A stretch of 64,000 bases of DNA from Entomortierella parvispora E1425. Lineage: Eukaryota; Fungi; Mortierellomycota. The DNA is taken from NCBI GenBank assembly GCA_020891255.1, contig BQFW01000002.1, positions 3,534,001 to 3,598,000 on the forward strand. The letters run 5' to 3'. This document shows positions 50,601-61,254 of this stretch, piece by piece; position 1 is the first letter of the stretch, and every line of letters starts with the position of its first letter. Made by a program: the position numbers and the translations under genes. The notes beneath the pieces were generated by a model that was not told where the DNA came from, did no database searches, and saw nothing but the letters and a program-made list of their open reading frames with translations.

Positions 50601-51648
50601 AGAGCTGCTTCGACCGGAGGATGTGGACGCTCATTTGCAACCTTATAACGCGAACACTTCCCAGGAGAATGGCGCCTCCAACAACCCGGCTGTAGCTACA
50701 TCGACCACACCCGTACCAGGGCATGTTCTCATTCAGGTGGATCCTGCCAGTGGCAAGTCTAACGGCAAATCAGCTGCGGCAGCTTCCTCAGGAGGTAACT
50801 TAGGAGGACATGCCTCGGTGGCATCTACGACGTCTGTTATTACCCCTGGAGGCACCCAACGTCTGATCCCCAAGAGTGCTGTGGAGGAGGATGACTATCA
50901 AGCAATCCCAGATCGATACACGGATTATCGTCAGCCACCCATGACCCTTTACGACGGAATCTTGAACTCGGGAATGCGTCATTACAATCACCCCGCTGTT
51001 GCTGGTCCACTGCCTACTTTGTGGTTGCCTCTGAAGAAAGGAACACCTAGTAACGTAAAGCCTGACTTCGAGGTGGGTGCTGGCCGCGATCACGATTCGG
51101 ATTCAGACGATGAGCATCATTTGCATGAGCATGTTGAGTCGGCCTTGGCTCGTCCTCCCTTGATGTTGCCGTCGCAGACTTCGGATGAGCCACAGAGTTA
51201 TGATGAGGGTGACAACTTGGTCGGTGGCGGCCAGGACGAGGATTTATCGAGCCCTACGGACGGCCGAGAGAACAGCCAGGTTGCTGCCGCAGCTGCTTCT
51301 GCTTCTACTGCTACGACAACCAGTACACCTCACAGCAGGGGACCCCAGCGGATCCCGTCCAAGGCATCCGCTACCCCTTCTACCGCCACCACTTCAACTG
51401 CGACCCCTGCTGCTGAATCAGAAACTGTGACGAATCGAGCAATTACAGGAGTTAATGAGATTTATTACCACCACCCTGAGCGTCAAGGATCAGGCTCTAC
51501 CAACAATACCTCCAATGTCCAAGACGCTGCGACCTTGCCCTCAGGAGAGCCAACACAACGGCTTAGAACTGTGCAGGGACAAGGATCTGTGGCTAGTCTG
51601 GACAAGAACCGTGGATCGGCCATGTCGACTACCACGGACCACAATTAG
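47669..51648 (+). CDS. CSC1/OSCA/TMEM63-family cation channel, multi-exon, with disordered C-tail
   Basis: Spliced N-terminus MEDHH...VSGLTTQLVISISLG...FAPR, FFGWIP, VGLDAVM|LLRF, RTVMVIGLP, GFVTF, LAPEPRDVFWDNL, KYFTFILFNV, FFINYI, KYQLLYV. Confidence 0.93.
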
Positions 51649-52049
51649 AAGTGTCCCTCTCTCACGCCCACCCTTCCTTCTCGTTTGTATCATGAAACTA
51701 AAAAGAAACTTGTTTAACTTGGCATGCTTCTATTAACTGGGGACATCATGAAGACTTGTAAGGCGGCTGGAAGTTTGCTCTATCACTGAGAATCCCCGGT
51801 ATGATGCGAAAACTCAACCTGATCGAGCAATTAATAATATGAAATACGTTGTACGACCGTTCCGGAAATTGAGGGCAAGGTGACCATTGCTTCGCCAACA
51901 CAGCGCATGAGCGGGCATGGTACGTTAATATTGGGTGATGAGTGATTGAGAGGCCATCCCGTTCGCTCGGCATTCGGCTTCTCCTTCGCCATGCCTTTAA
52001 AAAAAGAGGACCGCTGTGAACCGCTGTGTTTTCCCTATTTCTTGCCTTT

Positions 52050-53505
52050 CTCCAACTCATTCATTCAGTACAAACCATTCAACATGAATCTTGCGTTCAA
52101 GGAAGGTCTCCAGCACGATCCACCACAATTCGTTCAACCTCTTCCCTTGGATCAGCCTTGCCTTCTCCTGTCACAGAAAAGCCACAACGCTGTAGAACCA
52201 ACTTCTTTGCCAGGAAGCTCAATCTTCTAATTTTCTTGCGTCTGGGCGTTGCTTCTAAGCGAAATTGGCATGGTGCGGCTGTCTGTATTTTCAATTTCTT
52301 GGCCATCCTCCCTCTCTCTGAACGTACGAACTCTTGCAAATTGCCTATCTTTACCTGACATGCATTTGTAAGCTGGTTGTTCGTATGCATGCTGACACCA
52401 CCTTCCTTCCGCAGTTCATGACTCTATTGCCGAGGATATCTGCCTACGTCTTGGAGAGGTACATACCATCCCCTCTTTGCTAGAACGCCTAAATTTCTCA
52501 CTCGGCTGACAACCTTCCCCCTTTTGGCCATCGCCCATCTCCTTGTCAGACTCTTGGATGTCTTCTTGCTTCAACGCTGGGGAATATCGTGGATTTTATT
52601 CCTACCATTATTTTCCTAAAGAGTGGCGAACATTGACGTTGTTCAAGCTTCAATCGTCGGTTCAGTTCTTTTCAACTTGCTTTTGGTAAGACTTTGTGTG
52701 TTCGTGCACTTTTTTTTTTAACAAAAACTGGTGCATTCGGTTCTGACGGCCCACCGTTTTCATCCAGGCCCTCTGAGGCAGCTTCCTGTGTGGAGGGTTC
52801 AAGTGTACTTGTCAAACCTTTGACATGCTCGCTGCTCAGACAGACGCTGCGCTCTTGAGTCTGTCGTGCAGTTCGCCCTTGATCCTGGCTGCGTTCAGTG
52901 GTACCTCGCCGTTTTTCGACCCCGTGAGTACACAACGCATCTCGTACGGAGCGTCCATCATCCTGCCGGGCTTGTACATTTTCTATACCATTTTCCAATT
53001 CAAGACGCGCCCTCTTACTTATCAGGTTGAGGTCGGTGGCAGGGTGCTTCTGTTCAGACTTTGGCAGAGTAGCATTCTCTTGCTCTTGTTCACCGTGGCT
53101 CTCGCATTCTGCGGCGACTATCTGGTGGACTCGATGGACGGACTTTCGACAGACTGGGGCCTCAGCTTCTCCTTCATCGGTATGATCGTGTTGCCCTTTG
53201 TCGCCAACATCACGGATCTATTCGAGTTACTCGCCGCAGCAAGGCGAGACGAGATGGACTATGTTCTTTTGAATATCTTCGGGCCCTCTCTCCAAACCAC
53301 ACTGTTGATGGCTCCTCTGCTCGTCTTTATCGGTTGGATCATCGGCTCGCCGATGGACTTGGACTTTGGTTTTTTCAGCACCTGTCTTCTGTTGTTCCCC
53401 ATCATCATTGTCCACTATGTGATCAAGGATGGAGAGTCCAATTGGCTGAAAGGAGTGACGTTGATAGCCGCCTACACGATCATCGCCATTGCCATGTACA
53501 CCTAA
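52050..53505 (+). pseudogene. Ca2+/H+ antiporter (CAX/VCX1-like) pseudogene
   Basis: CAX-like text (NFLAILPLS, TLG.LLAST.GNIV, VVQASIVGSVLFNLLL, FIGMIVLPFVAN, GESNWLKG), but a 1-nt frameshift near 52628, in-frame TGA at 52774-52776, and no in-frame ATG; the 5' boundary is approximate. Confidence 0.8.
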
Positions 53506-53591
53506 TTTAAGCCTCATACATTTTCGATCAGAATATATTAAAGCAGAAAAAAAAGGATGCTGATGATCTATGCTAAAAAAAAACGACGCTC

Positions 53592-56500
53592 CTACTTCAT
53601 GCTGAGTTCAATGGTCAAGTTCATGTTCTTCTCGAGCATGATTTGAACCTCATCCTCCAGTTTCCTCAACTGCTCCTTCAATGCTTTCCTCTCGGCCTCC
53701 CAAGCGGCTGCCGCCTCCTTTGCAGCAGCTCCACCGCTTCCACTGCTTCCACTGCTTCCACTGCTTCCGCCCGACTTCTTCATCTTTGACAGTTCTTTGC
53801 GGAGATCGTTCCGATCACTCTCGAGCTCATCTCGGATCTTGTTCAGCTCCTCGACATCCTCCCGAGCCATACCCAACTTGCGCTCCAGGTTCTTCTTTGA
53901 TCGCTCCAATTCCTGGAGATCCTGTCCAAACTTGGCCTTGGATTGGTCCATTTGGGCCTGGAGGGATTCAAGAGTCTCCTCCAGCTCCTTATGGCGACGG
54001 TCATGGCCTGCCATTCTCCGTTCCAAAAACGTGCGATCCTTCAGCGCTGTCTCCTTTTCTGTCTTCTCCTGTTCTGCCTGCATCTGGATCGTGGCCAATT
54101 GCTCTTCCAAGGCTCTAGACTTCTCCTCGAGCGCCCTTGTCTGTTGATTCAATTGATCTTCCATAGCCTTGGACTGTTGCTGCACTTGGGCGCCTGCTTG
54201 CTGCAACGCAGCCTCGTGCTGCTGACGAACGGTACGCATCTGTTGCTCATGTTTGGCAGCCAATTCTTGTTGAGCAACTGTGAGCTCTTGACGAACAGCC
54301 CGGATTTGCTGATCATGCTTGGCGAGAAGATCCTGTTGGACCATGGCCAATTCCTGCTGATGGATAGAATCCAATTGCTGCTGCAGACGCGTCTCCCTGT
54401 CGTTGGAATCGTCCTGGAATCGTTGAGAGAGGTCCTGATGCAATTGATCGGCATGGGCCCTCTTTTCTTCCTCAAAGGCCAATTCCATAGCCTTCATCTG
54501 TGCCATCAACTTGGCCTTCTCTTCTTCATGGTTCTGCTCGAGGGCCTTGGTCTTGGCCAGCATGTTGGCTTCGGCCTTCTTGGACGAGCTGGCCGCATCA
54601 CGCTCCATGCTCTGCAAGAGGTTGTTTTGGATCTTCATGGTTTCGTCGGCTTCTTGCTCAAGCTTGCGGACTTGGGCTTCCTTGGTCTTCAAAGCCGCCT
54701 CGGCCTGATCCAACCTGTTACGCCACATGAATTGCTCCTGCTGCATGTCCTTGGCATTCTTGGCGCGGTCCTCGTCCAAAGAAGCCTGAAGCTCTGTGAG
54801 GGCCAGCGTCCTGGAGGTCAACTCTTGCTCTGTCTCCTTCAGTCGTTCCTCGAGCTCCTTCTGGATCAACATCATGGCCTCGTCTCCGTCTTTTTGTTGA
54901 GCCTCGAGCTGACGCTGCATGGTCTCCAGGGATCGCTCAAGTTCTGATCGCTTCGACTCGTGCATCTCATGGCCTTGATGGGCTTCCTCCAGTTGTCTAG
55001 AGAAATCCTCGATTTGCCTGGACAGCTGCTCCTGAGATTCGCGCTCCTTCTCCAAAAGAGTATGGCTCTCCTCGATCTCCTTCTTGTTCTTGGAGGCCTC
55101 TCTCAAGAGTCCCTTGACGATACCCTGGAACTGAGAATCGGCTTGGTGCTTCGCTTCAGTCAAAGCCTGGATCTGCTCGTACATCTCTTGCATGCGGGCG
55201 GCGTTGCCTTCGCTATCGTTTTCACTCGCCTGAAGGACAGATCGCTCATGAGTCCAAGCATCCTCGCGACGCTGCATCTCCTCGACAATCTGAACGTTGT
55301 CCTGCACCAACTCTTGAAGCTCGGTCTCGAGCTCAGCCACACGGTCCTCTAATCGCTTGGACTTTGCCTCCAGATCCTGAACCAATCGTGCACTGGATTG
55401 CTTGTCCTCGGCCAAGACTACCTCGAGTTTGTCCAAAGCTTGTTCAGTCTCTTTCTTATGGTGCTCCAGATCCTTCATGGCCTGCTCCTGTCGAGCATTA
55501 GCTTCTTGCAGAGACTTTTCCATCTCGGATCGCTCCTGAGCCCAGGCCTCCACCTGCTCTGAATGAATCGATTTGAGGGCATTGATTTCTTGTGCGAAAC
55601 GAGATTCCCATTCTTCTTGAGTCTTCAGAACAGTCTCTTCATGCTTGGATCGGGTCTCGTCCAACTGCTTGGCGTGCTCATCATGGGCTTCTTCGAGCTG
55701 AAGCAGGATGCGATCCAAGGCCTCCTTGTGTCCCTGTTCCAAACGATGGGTCAGTTCCTCGGCTTCTCTCCGAGTCTGGGCTTGGTGATCCTCCAGTGCC
55801 ATGGCATGGTCCGAAGTCAGCTGCTCTACTTGATCCTTGTGTTCATCGCGGATGCGTCGTTCAGTGTCCTCAAGATCATCCCGGTGATCCTCACGAAGAC
55901 GTTCCAGGTCTTCCAAAAGGCGACCTCGCTCACGATCCCACTCCTCTTCCTTCAGCTTTTGATCTTCGCTAGAGATTCCAGCAGCTGCTCCTTCGGCAGG
56001 GCGGTTGGCCAAGGCATCCTCAAGCTCTGTTTCCAGATCATGAACCTTATCTCTGAGATCGGAGGCATCCTCCAAGCTGGCGTCCAGATCTTGGTGCGCA
56101 AACTCGAGTTCCTTCTCCAGCTGGGCGACTCTGTTGTTGAGTCGGGTCAAGGTGCGTTCATCGCTCTCGACTGTGATAGCACCCAGCTGAGACTTGCTCT
56201 TGTCCTCATCTGCCAAGATCTGCATCTGGATCGCAGACGAAGTGGAGGGTCCTGCTGCGGTGGCCGCTGTCGCAGTGACAGTGGTCATGGACGCGATGCT
56301 GGGTGTAGGCATCCCCGAACCGTTCTCCTTTGTGGGGCTCATGAACGATGATGGGATGGGTGGGGGGATCATGCCATATGACGTTTTTCCAGCAGCAGCA
56401 GCTTCCAAACCAGATGTAGCCAGAGCTGGAGGAGGACCTGGAGGTGGTGGAGGAGCAGTTGGAGGGGGTAGGATCTGCTTGCTGAGGCCAGATCGTACGC

Positions 56501-59500
56501 CTCGAGCACTTCCACCACTGCCCGATCTTTTCGCTCCTGCCAAGAGTCCCATGCCAACTCCAATGATGGATCCATTGGCACCAATCTCAGACGCTGGGAT
56601 TGGTGGGGGCGCCCGCTGAGGAGGTGGCGAAGAGGAAAGAATGGATGAGACAGAGTGGGTCGAGGGGCTTCCCGGTCTAGGACCTCTCATATCCAGGGAT
56701 ACAATCTTTGATATCAAAGAAGGCAATATTAGTTTACATTCACAGCAAGCTTGTCTTGATATCCCCCTTGAACCCATGACTTACCGAACTACTGGAAGAC
56801 TCCTTCCTTGAGAGCGAGTTGTTGCTGTTGTTATTCCCATAAGGACTACGCCCAGGGGTCGAAGGTGCAGAATCGAATGGCCCTGAGCGACCCGAGGGTC
56901 GACGCTCTGGTCTGTGGTTCACAGATTCGTTGTCTGTCTCAAAATCGGTATCCAAATCCGTGTCCAGGCCTCTACGTTGCTGTGGTCCACCATTTGCGTT
57001 TCCTGGTACGTTCTTGAAACTGTCAACGGAAACTCTGGAGCTCGAGATCATGGCTGTAGCAGCCTCGATCGAGACTGTCGTAACCGCAGCCTGACTCTGC
57101 ATTGATGAAGCATCCTTTGTTTTGGTGGGGGAGGTGGGAATTGGAGGAGGAGCCATAGGTTTGTAGTTGAGGAGCTCTCGAGAGGTATCAACCACAGGTC
57201 CTTTGTTGGCACCAGCATATGGATAGGCGGTAGGCGCAGGCATAGGAGGCGGAACAGGGGGAGGGGAAAGAGATTCCCCCGCGGGGGGGAGACTAAAAGT
57301 CGAAATGATGGAGGCTGGATGCTTTGACGAGATCTTTTCGTCGTCGTCGTCCATGTTTCTCCTTGCATACTGGACCTTCAAAGGGGGCGAGTCCAGATCT
57401 GAATCTGAGTCGTGCCGACTAATGTTTCTCTTGATCTCCTGTGAATGAGCGGCTCCGCTCAATGTACTTTCAGAGGTTGCCATGCTGGGGATATCCTTCT
57501 TTGTCTCCCTATAATCCTCGTCATAGTCGGAAAGATCCTCAGTTGCCAAAGAGTAGCGACTGGTGCCAACGTCCTTGATCTTGCTCTCAAGACCGTTGCT
57601 CTTCTTCTCGACAGGCTTGACCGTCGATTCCCAAGAGTGACGATTGGTATCCGTTGCAGAGTGCCACGAGAACCTGGAGGAGTCACGTTCATGTCCAACC
57701 GCAGGTGCCTTCTTTGCATCCTTGTCACTGTACTTGTCTCTTGATCGTGATCTGGACCGAGAAAGGGAGCTCGATCGTGAATGGGTCAAAGAGTTGGCTC
57801 GATGAGGGCGATTAGAGTTAGAACGGGATGGCAATCGAGTCTCTGAGTGAAGTGAGTTGGACCTCGAACGAGAATAGGAGCGGTGAGAGTCCAGAGAGTG
57901 GCGGTTTCCTGCGTTTCTGGACCTTGGTCGCGGGGATCGCGAGCGGGAGTGAGAGTGAGACCGAGATCTTGATCTGCTCAGGGAATGGCTGCGTGAATGC
58001 GATCGAGAACTTGTCCTGGATCTGGATCTGGCCCTGACCGGTGATCTGGAGCGAGACCGAGAAATGGTCGAGGACAGAGAGTTCTTTCGGGCGCCATTGG
58101 CTACGGGATCCTTGGCCGAAGAGCCATTGCGAGCCAGCGCCGGGCTAGGTGACCAAGACCGGGATCGACGGCGTTCTTCTGAATCACGCTTAGAGTCGAT
58201 AGGAGGGATGGGTTTAGACACTGGCTTATCGCCAAGGAGAGCCTTCTTGGCTGCAGCAGTTTGACTCATCCAGTCTGCACGAGTATCTTTTGAAGTAGCG
58301 CCATCATCACCGTTGGACGCAGTCCAAGAAGGTCGCCGTTGGCTGATACTGTTTCTCCAGCTCTGTGCGTTCTCATTCCAGTTCGGCACAAACTTTTCGG
58401 GCAAACTGCTTCGACGCTTGCTCTTGAGGTCCTTGAAAGCAGCATCCTTGGATGCTGTCAAGGGAGGAGAGGTTCGCCAACTATCCATGGCGGCTTTTTG
58501 TCGAGTATCCTTGCTGCTGTTGTTGTTATTGGCCAGTGTGGGCGATAGCATGTCGTCGAGACTAATTCTCTGCCCACCCCAGTCACCCGAGGTACGTCTT
58601 GCTGCTGGAGGTTGTGGAGGCTTGGCTACTTCCTGTCGATGGGTCTCTGCGGGTGTGGCAACGGTCGCTGATCTCAGAGAAGTTGCCATTCCGCTTAGAC
58701 TGGGAGCCTGCTGATTGGTGTTGTACCTTGATAACGGGGGTGGGGGAGAAGAGCTTGGCACATTCTTCACAAAGTTAACTCCAGAGCCTTCATCCGTAGG
58801 AATAAACGATGTCGCACCACCCACTTCGACCTTGATCATGTCTGACTCCATTTTCCGTCCTTTCCGCTCTGGCTCAGTCCTAGTACCGTTGCTGATGTTT
58901 GGATATGCAAGAGCATTCGTCGTCGAAGGTGCAGGTTGGTTGTTATGACCTGGAATAGGAGGTAGATGCTTTTCGTTGGAATAGCCCGTTGGAGGAGAAC
59001 GAACAGCCTTGGCCACAATGGCCTCATCATCGCTCCAAGGGAGAATCTCTGTCTCAAGCTCTGTCCCCGTTGGGGAAGTGAGCCACTCATCCGCGTTTGG
59101 TTTTTGGCGCTGATTCCGCTCATTGCGCTCATTCCTCTCATTGCGCTCGTTGCGCTCGTTCCTCTCTCGACGGGCTGCCAACACGGAGGAGGTGTTGGAG
59201 GCAATGGAAGTAGAATAGCTCAATGCCCTTCCACTATTTTCATAACGACCTGATCCTGGACCCTGATTCTGACCATACACTGGTCCGTTGTTGTTCTGGC
59301 GATTGTAATAGTCGTCCGAATCAGACTCGTACCGGTGGTTTCTGGGCTGGCCGTGAACGCTGTGATCATCGTTTGATACTACCGAGGAGGCATAAGGAGG
59401 CTGGTGCCCTTGCTGGCGGTAGCTAGAGGATGGCATATACTGTTGGTTTTGCTGAGGGTATCCTCTTGGACCAGGGGGGGAGCGCCAGCCTTCGGCACTC

Positions 59501-60225
59501 TGAGGCGACATCATAGGACTTTGATCGTACCCATGGTGTCCATATCCATTGGGACCACCTCGGGGACCAGGCTGATAAGGCGGGTATTGACCAGGTCCTG
59601 GTGCGGGAGATGAAGAGCTGGACCCATAACCGCGTGGCGGTAACTGCTGCTGTCTCTGATTGGGCGGCGGCGAGCCGTATGGATGGGGTTGTTGCTGTGG
59701 GTATCCATGTGCTGGAGCTCTATGGTCACCCGCGAAAAAGTATGAACTCTGAGATGAAGGGGACGAAGACATGGGTGGTGGCGAGACTGGCGATCCTGTG
59801 GAAGCACCCATATATGGTGAGCGAGTGTTGTTGCCATTGTTGTTGTATGAGTATCCATTGGGAGGTGGAGGCCCTTGCTGGTAGGGATTTCCCTGCAAGG
59901 ACGATGCATCACTCCACTGACGCTGGTGCGATGGTGCATAAGGACGTGGGCTCGCCACGTCCGGAAGATCCTTCGGGGTACCTGGTTGTGGTTTGTTGTC
60001 CAAAGGGGGGCGAGATCTCTCTGATGGTGAAGTCTGCTGATTGATGGTGGTGCGATTAAAGAGGAAACAAGTCAGACAAAGAACCAGGGCAAAGAAAAGG
60101 AAACGAACTGAAGGACTTACGCTCGACGATCCATCTGTTTCGTCCCTTGCGCGCGACTGTCGACGGGCGCGCGGTTGACCCCGAAGTGCAGCTCCAGGGC
60201 CGTTGTATCTGGCAGATCCTGCCAT
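53592..60225 (-). CDS. Large hypothetical protein: disordered P/S/Q/R-rich N-half with RS-rich tract, long C-terminal coiled coil (3 exons)
   Basis: ORFs 56740-60225 and 53592-56777 joined by a GTAAGT intron near 56710-56785; a second GTAAGT intron near 60040-60119; heptad-like E/Q/L/K-rich C-terminal region. Confidence 0.8.
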
Positions 60226-60686
60226 TGGATTAAAGGTTGAATACGAAGGAAGTTGATGTGCTTTTCTGCTTGAAGTAGAGTCGCCGATCCCTGAGAAAGT
60301 GCTGTTGTTGTGCGAGTCGAGTTATGACACTCCTACTGAGGAATCAAGGAAGGTCAAACTGAGGTTAGTCTTGGAACCGGGGAATAGAGGTGACACCAAT
60401 CGTCGCGTGTTGCGAAGGGCTTGGTTCTGTTACCAGGCAAGAGGGGAGAGGGAAAGGAAGGCGGCGATGCAGAAGATGATGCGAGATGAAGAGTAAAGGA
60501 GGAAGGAGGATGAATGAAGATGATGATGAACACAAAAAAAAAAGAAAAGAGAGAGCAGAGAGCATCGTCCGACTGGGAAGAACCCAAACGAAAAAAGTTC
60601 AACCGTGCAACAGACCCATCGAAAGTGAGAGCACCTTGCCTTGCCACAGGTCCCGAGAAGGGCCAATTTCATTTCAGAACGCGCGC

Positions 60687-60696
60687 TGATTGGCTG
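60687..60696. promoter_or_regulatory. CCAAT box in the divergent coiled-coil/CHY promoter
   Basis: TGATTGGCTG, third identical copy. Confidence 0.45.
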
Positions 60697-61254
60697 TCCT
60701 CCATTGGATCTTGTCTGTTGCTTGCCACGCTGCTGTTGCTGCCACCGTTCGTCGCCCGGCTCGAGGAGATGGACCTCCCCCCTTCTCGTGGTGTGCGTGT
60801 GTGGGGGGTGAACAGGCACACATAGTAAAACGTTCAATTACACCGCTGTACTCTATTTGTGAAGGTACATGCTAAATGCCAGATGAAATTGCTCAAACAA
60901 GCGCCCACTCTTCTTGGCTTGAAGATCTACTACAAAACTCCAATTGCAATTGTGTGCCCAGCCCGTTCTCGGCTATCGTGCTGTAGTTTTGGTGTGGATC
61001 TAAGTGGCCTTCAGGGATCAAGTCTACGCCAAACGAACTTTAGACTACCTTCCAACTTGCTTGCCGTTACAAATTGGTGGCGCGTGGTCATGTGATTTGC
61101 GCCCGCAGTTTTCCCAAAAAAAAAAAAAAAGAGAACTCCATTCACTTTCACGTCGCAACGGCATCCGCATCCGATCCTTCTTCCCTCCCCTCCTTCTCCG
61201 TAAAATATAAACACCTCTACCCTTTGCCGACCGTCTATCGTTATACCCGCGGAA

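Noticed and set aside
52774-52776. Selenocysteine UGA in the CAX-like gene
   Set aside because: It aligns to a Gly position (GGA->TGA), CAX is not a known selenoprotein family, and other lesions are present.
53681-59939. Long antisense and alternate-frame ORFs (e.g. 53943-54947, 55563-56351)
   Set aside because: Shadow ORFs of the coiled-coil gene's codon bias; the same applies to antisense ORFs over other genes.
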